64,000 nt of DNA from Hellea sp. (GCA_013002305.1 JABDKG010000072.1:11718-75717); one strand, 5' to 3'. Positions 1 through 9,599 are shown, counted from the first letter of the stretch. Program-made: numbers and translations. The notes: generated from the letters alone by a model not told the origin.

Positions 1-1
1 T

Positions 2-169
2 GGAAATATTTCTATTGGTGACGATGCAAAAATCGCTGCCAATTCAGTTGTATTAAAACCCGTACCCGCTAGATGTACAGTCGCCGGAGTTCCGGCCAAA
101 CCCGTTGGCGGATCCTGCAAAGACAGTCCCGCCCAAACCATGGATCATAGCCTAGGAGATCACCTATGA
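2..169 (+). CDS. cysE: serine O-acetyltransferase, C-terminal fragment (5' end lies outside the window)
   Basis: Frame 2 is open from the window edge to TGA at 167-169. The translation GNISIGDDAKIAANSVVLKPVPARCTVAGVPAKPVG is a hexapeptide-repeat beta-helix tail typical of CysE. It is followed by a DUF3126-type gene, as in many alphaproteobacteria. Confidence 0.8.
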   Translation, partial: GNISIGDDAKIAANSVVLKPVPARCTVAGVPAKPVGGSCKDSPAQTMDHSLGDHL

Positions 170-381
170 CGCCCGAACAAATCGTTAGTGTTCGCAATTA
201 CCTTTGCCAGCGACTTGGCACTGAAGCTATTTCAATCAAGCCTCGCAAAGTCCAAGACAGTGTTGAAGTTTATCTCAATGATGAAATCCTGGGTTTGCTG
301 TATATTGATAACGAAGATCCGGACGATATATCCTATGATCTAAACATCTCAATCCTTCAGCAGGATTTGGATGGCGCTTAA
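166..381 (+). CDS. DUF3126 family small protein
   Basis: 71-aa ORF whose ATG overlaps the cysE stop (ATGA). The pattern ...[32 protein letters not shown] resembles the small conserved family found downstream of cysE in alphaproteobacteria (from memory, not searched). Confidence 0.75.
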   Translation: MTPEQIVSVRNYLCQRLGTEAISIKPRKVQDSVEVYLNDEILGLLYIDNEDPDDISYDLNISILQQDLDGA

Positions 382-383
382 AT

Positions 384-911
384 ATGGCCATTTATAAACT
401 TGGCGACATTAACCCAAAAATCGATCGGACGGCTTGGGTTGCTCCGTCGGCCTCCGTCATTGGCAATGTCATATTGGAAGCTGAGTCTTCTGTTTGGTTT
501 GGCGCTGTTTTGCGCGGCGACAATGAACCAATTAAAGTTGGGGCTCGCTCTAATATTCAAGACAATTCGGTCCTACATACAGATCCAGGCATGCCGCTTG
601 ATATAGGCGAGGGAGTAATCGTTGGACACCGAGTCATGCTTCACGGTTGTAATATCGGCGACAACTCTCTGATCGGTATTGGCGCGACGGTTTTAAACGG
701 TGTTAAGATCGGCAAGAACTGCCTTATCGGGGCTCATGCGCTAATTACTGAGAATAAAGTGATCCCGGATAATTCAATGGTCATTGGCGCGCCCGGAAAA
801 GTTGTTAAAACGCTCAGTGAAAATCAGATTGCATTTTTAAAATTAAATGCGGATGTTTATGTCAAAAATGCAGCCCGCTTTGCGGCCGAGCTTGAACAAA
901 TAGCCGACTGA
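384..911 (+). CDS. gamma-class carbonic anhydrase family / hexapeptide-repeat protein (YrdA/PaaY-like)
   Basis: 175 aa. N-terminus [24 protein letters not shown], repeated [LIV]G hexapeptides, and an HTD...VGH pattern typical of gamma-CA-like proteins. Confidence 0.85.
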   Translation: MAIYKLGDINPKIDRTAWVAPSASVIGNVILEAESSVWFGAVLRGDNEPIKVGARSNIQDNSVLHTDPGMPLDIGEGVIVGHRVMLHGCNIGDNSLIGIGATVLNGVKIGKNCLIGAHALITENKVIPDNSMVIGAPGKVVKTLSENQIAFLKLNADVYVKNAARFAAELEQIAD

Positions 912-918
912 AATATTG

Positions 919-1467
919 TCAATCTGTCCACAGGGCCTTAATCCGCTCGCCCATATCAGCGCCGAGATTGTACCATGCAATGTTCTGTTCGCTGCATTCA
1001 GATAAAAACAACCGATCCAGCCGCGTAAGCGAAGATGAGAGATGCTTTTGTACATCTGCTAACGGGACTTCAGATTTTAGAAGCCAAACCTTGTCACCAA
1101 TACGCTGTGCGGTCCCTAGACGTTGGATTAAATGCAAAAACTGCATCGCCTGATCTGAGCTGATTTCAGCCATGACCATCACCACGCGAAAACTAAGGTT
1201 AGGCTTTGGCACCGTTGAGCTTTGGTCAAAAGGTTGGGATTTTAAGGGCGAAGGAACATTTCCAATGGGTTGAAATAATTCTGTTTGCCCCGCCCGCAAA
1301 AACCCCTGGTTCGGGTTTTTTGAAATCATGGAACCCGAAATGACCCGGCCTTCGCGCACAAATGCTTTCATCTGATCAGCGTCATAAGGACCGTAAATCT
1401 GATCACCAAGCTGCACAAACCAGCCAGCCGGATTATTTGAAGTAGAGATGTTGATGATTATTCCCAA
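919..1467 (-). CDS. GYF_2 (DUF4339)-like domain protein with an uncharacterised C-terminal domain
   Basis: 182-aa ORF with a TTG start. The N-terminus WFVQLGDQIYGPYDADQMKAFVREGRVISGSMI matches the bacterial GYF_2 pattern. No family recognised for the C-terminal ~95 aa. Confidence 0.6.
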   Translation of the reverse strand: MGIIINISTSNNPAGWFVQLGDQIYGPYDADQMKAFVREGRVISGSMISKNPNQGFLRAGQTELFQPIGNVPSPLKSQPFDQSSTVPKPNLSFRVVMVMAEISSDQAMQFLHLIQRLGTAQRIGDKVWLLKSEVPLADVQKHLSSSLTRLDRLFLSECSEQNIAWYNLGADMGERIKALWTD

Positions 1468-1560
1468 TTATTATTATTATTTTGAGAACAACTATCCGCT
1501 CTTTCGTTTTTTCGCAATAGGTATAACAATCTTTAATCAGCGACGGCTTAAAAGAATCCT

Positions 1561-2193
1561 ATGAAGCGTAGAGAACCAATATTTAACATAACGGAACCGA
1601 CCTTATTCGCGTTCTTGGGGGCTTTAATAGCTATCCATTTGGTTCGTCAGTTACCGGAAATAGGGCCTGCGATTGACAAGAATGCGCTATTATTTCCATT
1701 TGGCGCTGAAGCCGATAATGGTCAGCAGGCGTTTCGGTTAATTGCCCATGGATTTCTTCATGGCGATGGATTTCATCTTTTGATGAACTCGGCCATGATT
1801 CTAATTTTTGGACTGCTGACCTTAAAGGGTACCCGGGCAAAATTTCGCAATCAAACAATTGCTGTTGCAGCGTTTTTGGCCATCATATTGGTAGGCATTG
1901 TAGGCGGCGGAGTTGCGCAATGGGCCGAATGGGAATGGCAAAATAGTTTTGGGGTTATGCTGGGCGCGTCGGGCGGCGCATCGGCTCTGTTTGCAGCTGC
2001 TGGCTGGGCGATAGGCGGCTGGCGTCATTTGGGCATATTTGCTGCTGCATGGGCCATGTTAAATGTCGTCATGGTTTTATTCTCCGGTACAATCGGAAAT
2101 ATTTCCTGGGCAGGTCACCTTGGCGGATTTGTTGCAGGGGCACTCATTGCGCCCCTATGCGTCCAAGCTTTTAGCGCTCGCAAGCCTGATTAA
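1561..2193 (+). CDS. rhomboid family intramembrane serine protease
   Basis: 210 aa, multi-TM. Contains HGDGFHLLMN, GASGGASALF (catalytic Ser context) and AGHLGGFVAG (catalytic His context). Confidence 0.85.
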   Translation: MKRREPIFNITEPTLFAFLGALIAIHLVRQLPEIGPAIDKNALLFPFGAEADNGQQAFRLIAHGFLHGDGFHLLMNSAMILIFGLLTLKGTRAKFRNQTIAVAAFLAIILVGIVGGGVAQWAEWEWQNSFGVMLGASGGASALFAAAGWAIGGWRHLGIFAAAWAMLNVVMVLFSGTIGNISWAGHLGGFVAGALIAPLCVQAFSARKPD

Positions 2194-2723
2194 CGATAGG
2201 CGTAAGTTTCACCGCTAATAGATACGCTCACCAATCGGGCAACGCCTTGATCATTAATTGCAATCATTGTTTTACCCTGCTGAACGCGCGTAGTTCTGAC
2301 CAAACTTTTCAAATCAGAGGATGGTAAAAATTTCTCAAAATTATAGCGTACCAATAATTGGCCAGCCTCTATGCCTGAGACTTTGCCCTTGATCATGAAA
2401 ATTGATCTATTGATAGAGTCGGGCTTATAACGGGTGACAGCAAATGGATAAGCGATATTTCCGGGCCCCTTTGACATATGGACATAAACCGTTTGTCCGC
2501 GCACAAACCTGTTATCTCCAAACATTTCATTCAGATCCAGCATGTTTAAATCAGACCAAATATCGAAATTCTCCACGTCTGCACGCGGCGAGATAATCGA
2601 TTGAAATTCAAAATGAATGTCACTTTTTTGAATGTAACTATGGCGCGCTATGGCCATCAGCGGAATACCTGCAAGAAGAAACCCGGTTACAATCGTCGCC
2701 GCAATTGTTTTGACGTTCGTCAA
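2190..2723 (-). CDS. membrane-anchored protein, GDYXXLXY-family-like (signature motif degenerate)
   Basis: 177 aa with an N-terminal TM anchor. The overall pattern (IHFEFQSIISPRADV ... GQTVYVHM ... IKGKVSG..LLVRYNFEKFLP ... IAINDQGVARLVSVSISG) parallels GDYXXLXY proteins. Its ATG overlaps the stop of the upstream membrane gene (ATGA). Confidence 0.5.
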   Translation of the reverse strand: MTNVKTIAATIVTGFLLAGIPLMAIARHSYIQKSDIHFEFQSIISPRADVENFDIWSDLNMLDLNEMFGDNRFVRGQTVYVHMSKGPGNIAYPFAVTRYKPDSINRSIFMIKGKVSGIEAGQLLVRYNFEKFLPSSDLKSLVRTTRVQQGKTMIAINDQGVARLVSVSISGETYAYR

Positions 2724-4117
2724 TGGCTGCTCACGCTGGTTTTAACACTATCCTTGCCGGCTAATTGCGGATTTACCGCAATCATCGTCCCCGTTATTGC
2801 AGTAAGCAGTCCCAAGATCGTAATGAGCCACCCGTCTTCGTAATAAATATCAACAGATTTTGACGCGGCACTTAACGCGCCAACCATAGCAAGCGCCGCG
2901 ATGACATGTGAATATTTCGCGCGCCGGAATCCATTTGCAGCAAAAAATACGAGGTTACCAGCCACGATTCCGAAAAGGAACAGTCCGGCGGCAGGATAAA
3001 ATGAGAGCTGCATTAACGCTTCAAACTGCATAGCAATGTCAGTTTCGTACCAAAGTGCAAAAGGGATGGCCGCCATGGAAGTGGTCGTCATCAATATACC
3101 CGCAAGGCTCATATGATTGTGCTTCCGCCGCACAAATCCAGCGAACAATGTCAAGATCAAGGCCGTGAATATTACAGCCAGCCAAATCAGATTTGCTATA
3201 GGGTCGTTTTGGGCATTGGCTTGCCAAATTAAGGCGTCAGGTTCGGCGCCATAAGTGGCAAGCGCCAATAGGCATATATTGGCACCAAACCATGCCGCTA
3301 AAATATGGATCTCGGTGCCCGGTGCAGACTCGTCAGCGGCGGCTTTGGCAGATCTGTAATGCATGCCGGTAACGCAAAATGCGCCGCATAACAAAAAAAG
3401 AGTGCCGATGGCGCCGGATTTAAAGGCTAGGTAAGCGCTTCCAATTAGCCAGACATAAGCAACAAAAAGGGTCGCGAGAAAAGCCGCATGAGATTTCAGG
3501 CGCAAAGATTGGACGATCATTAGCCCCATTAGGACAGGTATCGCAAAACTCAATTCACCCGAATTTATATATCCATCAAACTGCAAGGCCGCCCAAAATA
3601 ATGCGCCGCCAATGGCTGATAAAAGCGCAATTTCAGAGCGGTTAATCAACGATACAGTCGCGGCCGTGATTACGAACAGGCATAATCCCGCCGGGAATGA
3701 AAGCGGGTAACCCAATTGGATTGCGGCGGTGACCAAAATGGCGGCAAAACCACAAAGGGCGCTTAGAATAGAGATTTCCCCTAGACGGGGCTTTGCGTGG
3801 TCAATTGCCAGAAAGCGCAGCCAAAGGCTGCTCCAGACAACGCCAAAGGCGCCAAATATCCGGAATCCGACGGGCTGGCTTGCATAGAATGCCCAGGTGG
3901 TTAATTCGCAAAAAACCGCCCAAAAAATAACGGATAATGTTAGGACCGATGAACGGCGCCATGCGGCCATAGAGTCTGGCAGAATGTCGATTTCTTTGTT
4001 TTGCGAGAACCGGTCGCGCAACATCGCGTTAAATCCAACAGCGTCGCCGCGCGGTACGCGGCTAATCGGCGAATTGTCATTAGCAATAAATGAGACAATG
4101 TTTGATTTTTCTGACAT
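2720..4117 (-). CDS. polytopic inner-membrane protein (DUF2157/DUF4401-like), function unknown
   Basis: 465 aa, with about 11-13 hydrophobic helices by eye. It is translationally coupled to the GDYXXLXY-like gene, which is the usual partner arrangement of those DUF families. Confidence 0.6.
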   Translation of the reverse strand: MSEKSNIVSFIANDNSPISRVPRGDAVGFNAMLRDRFSQNKEIDILPDSMAAWRRSSVLTLSVIFWAVFCELTTWAFYASQPVGFRIFGAFGVVWSSLWLRFLAIDHAKPRLGEISILSALCGFAAILVTAAIQLGYPLSFPAGLCLFVITAATVSLINRSEIALLSAIGGALFWAALQFDGYINSGELSFAIPVLMGLMIVQSLRLKSHAAFLATLFVAYVWLIGSAYLAFKSGAIGTLFLLCGAFCVTGMHYRSAKAAADESAPGTEIHILAAWFGANICLLALATYGAEPDALIWQANAQNDPIANLIWLAVIFTALILTLFAGFVRRKHNHMSLAGILMTTTSMAAIPFALWYETDIAMQFEALMQLSFYPAAGLFLFGIVAGNLVFFAANGFRRAKYSHVIAALAMVGALSAASKSVDIYYEDGWLITILGLLTAITGTMIAVNPQLAGKDSVKTSVSSH

Positions 4118-4214
4118 GCAGCTTTTTGTAGCGTGATTTGTCGTTTGTCACAGCGCTTGCACGTGTCAGGCGAAATATAAGCTTCAATCCTGAAATTACG
4201 CCAAAATTCCCGCG

Positions 4215-5216
4215 TCAGGCGCTATTGCCGGACGGGATTTCGCTGAGAACTTCAATGACAGATTTAATAAGGGGAATTTCATGCTGCATGGCCCTGTAGC
4301 CGCGCTCAATCAACTCTTCGGCCTTTGTGAATTCCATCATACCTATATGCCCAATACGCGGCGCAACAAAAACGTCCGGCGGATCGCCGGCTAGTCGCGA
4401 TCTGGAGATTCTGTCCATGACAATGTTCAAAGTACTCATCATTACGGAGCCGATTTTAGGCGATTTCCCCTTGGGGGCCGCGCCCATCATGCTCTTGAGT
4501 AACAATCGGTCGGGCCGCAATTTGTTCAGTGATTGTGAGGCCAGTTGAAAAGGATCGACTTTATCAGGAAGCGTATCGTCGACGTCAAGTTCGTGCGAGC
4601 TCCCGATCGGACCGAACGCATCTCCGTTGAGGCTGACCGCTATTACCATATGGGCGCCGAGTGCACGGCAAGCGGATACTGGCACGGGATTTACAAGCGC
4701 GCCGTCTATCATATAGCGCCCATCAATTTTTACAGGATCAAATGCGCCGGGCAGGGCATAGGAGGCCCGGACTGCGGAAACAAGCGCGCCTTTTTGAAGC
4801 CAGACTTCATAACCGGTCCGCAGGTCACAAGTCACCGCAGCATATTTGGTCGGCAGATCTTCGATCCTTGTATCTCCGAGATAGTGATTTAGCACACGAG
4901 CCAAACGATCGCCGCGCATTAAGCCTGAACCGCCCCAGCGAATATCCATATAGCTCATCATTCGGCGTCGATTCAGAGCGAGGGCCCAATTCTCAAGAAC
5001 GTCGAGCTTGCCGGCTAGGTACACGCCTCCGACGAGCGCGCCGATGGAAGTGCCGGCAATGATATCAGGTTTAACATCAGCTTCGATGAGAGCTTTCAGT
5101 GCGCCAATATGGGCCCAGCCACGCGCGACGCCGCCGCCAAGGGCTAGCCCTAAAGGCGGCCGCTTAACATTGGTAATTTCGTTCGTGTTCGAGGATGAAG
5201 TCTTAAGTCTCATCAA
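4215..5216 (-). CDS. patatin-like phospholipase (RssA-like)
   Basis: GGGVARGWAHIG (oxyanion G-G-x-R-G), GTSIG (G-x-S-x-G nucleophile) and IDGALVNPVP (Asp of the dyad). Confidence 0.9.
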   Translation of the reverse strand: MMRLKTSSSNTNEITNVKRPPLGLALGGGVARGWAHIGALKALIEADVKPDIIAGTSIGALVGGVYLAGKLDVLENWALALNRRRMMSYMDIRWGGSGLMRGDRLARVLNHYLGDTRIEDLPTKYAAVTCDLRTGYEVWLQKGALVSAVRASYALPGAFDPVKIDGRYMIDGALVNPVPVSACRALGAHMVIAVSLNGDAFGPIGSSHELDVDDTLPDKVDPFQLASQSLNKLRPDRLLLKSMMGAAPKGKSPKIGSVMMSTLNIVMDRISRSRLAGDPPDVFVAPRIGHIGMMEFTKAEELIERGYRAMQHEIPLIKSVIEVLSEIPSGNSA

Positions 5217-5304
5217 CCAGCCTAGATTAGTTCACGTGTTTTATGAACCGTATCATCGGGAAAATAAAGAGAAGATGAATGGCTGAGACTAAACCGTGAA
5301 ATCG

Positions 5305-5649
5305 CTAGATTGAGAAGCTCGTCCCGCAGCCGCAAGCCGCAACAGCTTGCGGGTTATGAATTTTGAAGGCGGAACCGATAAGTTCGCGCGCATAATCAAT
5401 CTCTGAGCCTTCAAGGAATCCTTGGCTAATTTCATCAATCAAGACCTTAGCCCCATCTTTCTCAAGGACAAGATCGTCGGCTTCTGGCGCGTCGGCGAAA
5501 TCAAATTTATATTGAAATCCTGAACATCCGCCGCCCTCGACCGATACGCGCAGGAAAAGGCCATCAGTACGCTTCGCCATAATCGCATTGATTTGGCGGG
5601 CTGCAGACTCGCTAAGCGTGATCGTAGTGTCAGTCATAAGACTATCCAT
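5305..5649 (-). CDS. erpA: iron-sulfur cluster insertion protein ErpA (HesB/IscA family)
   Basis: 114 aa. Contains GGGCSGFQYKF and a C-terminal CGCGTSFSI. An AGGAAG RBS lies upstream of the first ATG. Confidence 0.9.
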   Translation of the reverse strand: MDSLMTDTTITLSESAARQINAIMAKRTDGLFLRVSVEGGGCSGFQYKFDFADAPEADDLVLEKDGAKVLIDEISQGFLEGSEIDYARELIGSAFKIHNPQAVAACGCGTSFSI

Positions 5650-5705
5650 TTGCTTCCTGCCCTATATAAGGATTTGAACGCAAGAATCAAAGAGCGGAGC
5701 CTCGT

Positions 5706-6905
5706 GTGGGTGAAATATTATCAATTCGGCCCCGGGCCATATATGCTTCTGATCCCTTTAAAAGCCGCGGAAGACGTATAGAGCAAGGAACCAACTCCGA
5801 ACGAAGTCCCTATCAGCGCGATAAAGACCGTATCATTCATTGTAGCGCTTTTCGCCGCCTGAAAGGGAAAACGCAGGTTTTTGTGTCCCACGAAGGCGAT
5901 TATTATCGAACCCGTTTGACCCATTCTTTGGAAGTTGCCCAAATCGCCCGTTCCATTGCGCGGGTATTGGGGCTTGATGAAGATCTATCCGAATGTTTGG
6001 CCCTAGCGCATGACTTAGGGCATCCGCCTTTTGGCCATTCCGGAGAAGAGGCGCTGGCTGAATGTATGAAACCTTATGGTGGTTTTGACCATAATGCGCA
6101 GACTCTGCGGATCGTCGAAACGTTAGAGCATCGCTATGCTCTCTTTGATGGGCTCAATTTGACTTGGGAAACGCTCGAGGGGATTGCCAAACATAATGGG
6201 CCTCTATTGGTGAAAGGTGAAGATCCATCAAAACTTCCATGGGCGCTTCGGGCGCTTGAAGACTGGGAGAGGCTAGAGCTGACAAATTTCGCGGGACCCG
6301 AAGCGCAAGTTGCTGCAATTGCTGACGATATTGCTTATAATAATCACGATATTGATGATGGTTTGAGGGCTGGGCTTTTCTCGGTTGAAGAAATTTCGGC
6401 GCAAGTTCCGCTTGTTCAATCCGCATTTGCGGATGTTCGGAAACGGTTTCCGGATACGAGTGAAAACCGCATGATTCACGAGACTATTCGAGATCTCATC
6501 GGCGCAATGATAACAGATGTATTAGAAGAGTCTTCGCAGCGATTGAAAAAGGCTGATCCGAAGTCTGCTGATGAAATTCGGGGCCTAGATTACCCCGTTA
6601 TAACATTTTCGAAGAAATTCCGGACTCTTGAGAAGCCACTTCGGCGGTTTCTTTATGATAATATGTATCGCCATTATAAGGTCAATCGTATGATGGGACA
6701 GGCGACCCGGGTCGTAAAAGAGCTATTCGAGCTCTTCATCGAAGACCCCACTATATTGCCGACAGAGATGCGCGAGCTATGTCAGGGCCCACATAATGCG
6801 ATAACGGCCCGGATAATCTGCGATTATATTGCGGGGATGACAGACTCTTATGCGATTGCCGAGCACCGCAAACTTTTCTCAGTCACTGGCTATCTTCAAA
6901 GTTAA
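5706..6905 (+). CDS. deoxyguanosinetriphosphate triphosphohydrolase-like protein (HD domain)
   Basis: GTG start. Contains QRDKDRIIHCSAFRRL, RLTHSLEVAQIAR, HDLGHPPFGH and DDIAYNNHDIDD. Divergent from erpA, as in many alphaproteobacteria. Confidence 0.9.
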   Translation: MGEILSIRPRAIYASDPFKSRGRRIEQGTNSERSPYQRDKDRIIHCSAFRRLKGKTQVFVSHEGDYYRTRLTHSLEVAQIARSIARVLGLDEDLSECLALAHDLGHPPFGHSGEEALAECMKPYGGFDHNAQTLRIVETLEHRYALFDGLNLTWETLEGIAKHNGPLLVKGEDPSKLPWALRALEDWERLELTNFAGPEAQVAAIADDIAYNNHDIDDGLRAGLFSVEEISAQVPLVQSAFADVRKRFPDTSENRMIHETIRDLIGAMITDVLEESSQRLKKADPKSADEIRGLDYPVITFSKKFRTLEKPLRRFLYDNMYRHYKVNRMMGQATRVVKELFELFIEDPTILPTEMRELCQGPHNAITARIICDYIAGMTDSYAIAEHRKLFSVTGYLQS

Positions 6906-7017
6906 TTATCGGTTAACTGCGATTGATTAGCGTGACGGGTTGGAAATAGAAGAGTTTTAATCAATATATCCGTCACGGAGAAATAATCGCGGCGGTCCGG
7001 CCAAAGGATTAGAAATT

Positions 7018-7764
7018 ATGCAGCAAGATGAGGAATATTTACGTCCCGATCCCCACGCGGATGACGAATTAGTCCCTTTTGATGTGCAGGGATATTCCAA
7101 CCGTAAAGGTTTGTTTATGTTAGCCGCTTTTGGTTTGGCTGTAATTTTTGGTCTGTTTTTCTTTTTCAAAGTTTATCAACCGGGTGTCAGAGATCGCGGC
7201 GAAACGCCAAAAGTCATGGCCGATAAAACCCCGTTTAAGATCGCGCCGGATGATCCAGGCGGCTCCATTGAGCCCAATCAAAATCTGGAGATTTATAATC
7301 AAATGAACGGAGAAACTTCGGAGCCTGAGGTTACCGTAACCGAAAGCGCTGAAGAGCCGGTAAAACGTCCCGGAACAGTTAAGATCGATGTCATCGATCA
7401 GGAAAAGCCGAAAGTCACCGAGACTCAGCCTGTGACAACACCAAAACCGACTGTGACCCCGAAGCCCGTAGAAGTGATCCCGACGACGCCAGGTCCCTCG
7501 ACTGCAACCGATAGCCGTCATGTTGTCCAGCTTGCGTCACTGCGCAGTCAAAGCTCGGCTGAAACTACCAAGACAGAGATTCAGGCTAAACATAGTAATT
7601 TATTTCCTACAGGCAGCTATTTGGAAATCGTTCGGGCGAATGTCGCCGATAAAGGGGTCTATTATCGTTTACGGTTGGCAGGTTTGCCGAATAAAGACGG
7701 TGCACAGCGGATTTGCGACCTTTTAAAAGCCCGTCAACAGACCTGTTTCACGACGACAAAATGA
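7018..7764 (+). CDS. SPOR domain-containing protein (membrane anchored, Pro/Thr-rich linker)
   Basis: One TM (LFMLAAFGLAVIFGLFFFF), a PT-rich linker, and a C-terminal HVVQLASLRSQSSAE...YYRLRLAGL...A..IC SPOR-like fold pattern. Confidence 0.8.
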   Translation: MQQDEEYLRPDPHADDELVPFDVQGYSNRKGLFMLAAFGLAVIFGLFFFFKVYQPGVRDRGETPKVMADKTPFKIAPDDPGGSIEPNQNLEIYNQMNGETSEPEVTVTESAEEPVKRPGTVKIDVIDQEKPKVTETQPVTTPKPTVTPKPVEVIPTTPGPSTATDSRHVVQLASLRSQSSAETTKTEIQAKHSNLFPTGSYLEIVRANVADKGVYYRLRLAGLPNKDGAQRICDLLKARQQTCFTTTK

Positions 7765-8768
7765 CAGAATTAGCGGCCATATTTGGTCTGCAAGGGCCGA
7801 GCCTCTCGGCAGCTGAAAAAGCCTTTTTTAGAGACGCAAATCCATGGGCTTTTATCCTTTTCGCCCGGAATATTGAAACGCCTGATCAAGTCAAAAACCT
7901 CACCAATAGTCTGCGCGATACCGTTGGTCGAGAGTGCCTGATCTTTATCGATCAGGAAGGCGGTCGGGTGCAAAGATTGCGATCGCCCCATTGGTATGAT
8001 TATCCGAGCCTGGGCAGCATTGGTAGTCTCTATGAAATGGACCGTGAGAAAACCCGGCGCACAGTTTTTTTACATCATTGTATGATCGCCGCGGACCTTA
8101 GGGAAGTCGGTATCAATGCTAATTGCGCGCCCGTCTTGGATATTCCGATTGAAGGTGCTGACCCGATCATTTCGGATCGTGCTCTGGGCGCAACATCAAG
8201 ACAAGTATTGGATTTAGGACAGGCGGCTTTAGCAGGTCTTATGACAGCTGGCGTCGCGCCCGTTATTAAACATATCCCTGGCCATGGCCGGGCGACAGTT
8301 GATAGCCATCTGGAATTACCAATTATACAAGACTCAATTCTGAAACTTGCAAGCACAGACTTTGTCCCGTTTATCGGTATGCAAGAAGCCCCAATGGCAA
8401 TGACAGCCCATTTGATTGTTGAAGCGCTAGACCGCGATAATCCGGTTACCGTGTCGCCAAGAGCGATTTCTTACATTCGTGAGAAAATGGGTTATTCAGG
8501 CCTATTAATGAGCGATGATCTAGATATGAAAGCTTTGTCGGGGAACCTGACCGAGCTAACCCGAAAGACTTTAAAGGCCGGATGTGATGTTGTTCTCCAA
8601 TGCTCTGGTAAATTTCCGTCCATGGTTGAGGTTGCCAAAGGGGCCCGAATACTTGATGAGTTGGGACGAATGCGCGCAAAAATAGCCGAATATTGCGCCG
8701 AAGACCCAAGAGACTTTGACTACGAAGCCGGAATGGCCGAATATGAAAGCCTAATATTCCGGGAGTGA
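7761..8768 (+). CDS. nagZ: beta-N-acetylhexosaminidase NagZ (GH3)
   Basis: Contains IDQEGGRVQRL and KHIPGHGRATVDSH. I chose the ATG at 7761, which overlaps the SPOR gene stop (ATGA). The listed ORF start at 7713 would run 52 nt inside the SPOR gene. Confidence 0.9.
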   Translation: MTELAAIFGLQGPSLSAAEKAFFRDANPWAFILFARNIETPDQVKNLTNSLRDTVGRECLIFIDQEGGRVQRLRSPHWYDYPSLGSIGSLYEMDREKTRRTVFLHHCMIAADLREVGINANCAPVLDIPIEGADPIISDRALGATSRQVLDLGQAALAGLMTAGVAPVIKHIPGHGRATVDSHLELPIIQDSILKLASTDFVPFIGMQEAPMAMTAHLIVEALDRDNPVTVSPRAISYIREKMGYSGLLMSDDLDMKALSGNLTELTRKTLKAGCDVVLQCSGKFPSMVEVAKGARILDELGRMRAKIAEYCAEDPRDFDYEAGMAEYESLIFRE

Positions 8769-8775
8769 CTCGCAA

Positions 8776-9597
8776 ATGAGCGAGGTTTTTGAAGAAGATC
8801 TAAAATTTGAAGCTGCAGATGACGCCGCCGATGGTGGTGCGGGCTTGATTCTGGATATTGCTGGGTATGAAGGACCGTTGCACCTTTTGCTCGAGCTTGC
8901 GCGCCAGCAAAAGGTCGACATTGCCCGGATATCTATTCTGGAGCTTGCCGAACAATATTTGTCATTCATCAAATCAGCTCAGGATCTACGGATAGAATTG
9001 GCGGCTGACTATCTGGTGATGGCGGCATGGCTCGCCTATCTTAAATCTCGCCTGATTTTACCGCGGGATGATGAAGAGGTCGTGCCCGAAGCTGATGAAT
9101 TAGCGGCGCATTTGGCATTTCGTCTAGAAAGGCTAGAAGGCATGCGGCGCGCGGCGGATGGAATATTTAAATTACCGCAAATCGGACAGAAGATTTTTGT
9201 CAGGGGCAATCCCGAAGGACTGAGATCGCGGACAACTCCGATCTGGGAAGCCGAGCTGTTCGATATTCTAGAAGCTTATGGGCAAAGTCGGTCCAAATCC
9301 GCCATCCTCAATCACAAGATTCCAAAACCGCTCGTAATGACCGTGGAAGATGCAAGATATCGCCTCCGACGGGCTCTCGAAACTATCGGGCATGACCTGT
9401 CAGATTGGACGGCGCTCGATAGTTTGTTGCCAAGCACACAAGATCTGCCGGAAGAAATCCCGCAGCCTTCAATTCGCGCCAGTTCATTGGTTGCCGGGCT
9501 TGAACTTGCCAAGCTTGGTGAAATGGAACTTCGGCAGACTGGCAATTTCGCGCCGATCTATATCCGGGGAACCGGCCAGAAAAGAAAAGAGTCCTAA
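8776..9597 (+). CDS. scpA: segregation and condensation protein A
   Basis: Contains YEGPLHLLLELARQQKVDIARISILELAEQYL, typical of the ScpA N-terminus. Followed by scpB. Confidence 0.9.
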   Translation: MSEVFEEDLKFEAADDAADGGAGLILDIAGYEGPLHLLLELARQQKVDIARISILELAEQYLSFIKSAQDLRIELAADYLVMAAWLAYLKSRLILPRDDEEVVPEADELAAHLAFRLERLEGMRRAADGIFKLPQIGQKIFVRGNPEGLRSRTTPIWEAELFDILEAYGQSRSKSAILNHKIPKPLVMTVEDARYRLRRALETIGHDLSDWTALDSLLPSTQDLPEEIPQPSIRASSLVAGLELAKLGEMELRQTGNFAPIYIRGTGQKRKES

Positions 9598-9599
9598 CG

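Noticed and set aside
4215-5216. Patatin-like phospholipase considered as a CBASS-type effector
   Set aside because: No cyclase/nucleotidyltransferase, Cap accessory genes or sensor domain lie nearby. Its length and motifs fit ordinary RssA-like patatins.
5706-6905. dGTPase-like gene considered as an anti-phage dNTP-depletion defence gene
   Set aside because: It sits divergent from erpA in what I recall as a conserved housekeeping arrangement. There are no mobile or defence neighbours and no compositional oddity.
7744-7759. TGTTTCAC half-site resembling parS, and the GTTCACGTG element near 5231-5250
   Set aside because: Only one half of the 16-bp parS palindrome is present at 7744. The 5231 element matches about 10 of 16 positions. 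Neither is a credible ParB site.
7713-7760. N-terminal extensions of listed ORFs (7713..7760 nagZ, 27441..27566 mlaE, 36975..37040 beta-CA, 38279..38374 HAD, 40628..40693 GST, 49006..49164 M28, 49026..49127 M28, 52340..52354 SDR)
   Set aside because: Each extension overlaps a neighbouring gene or precedes a better start. The better starts have a homologue-like N-terminus, a lipobox signal peptide, an SD sequence or ATGA coupling. The extensions themselves have no family-like sequence.
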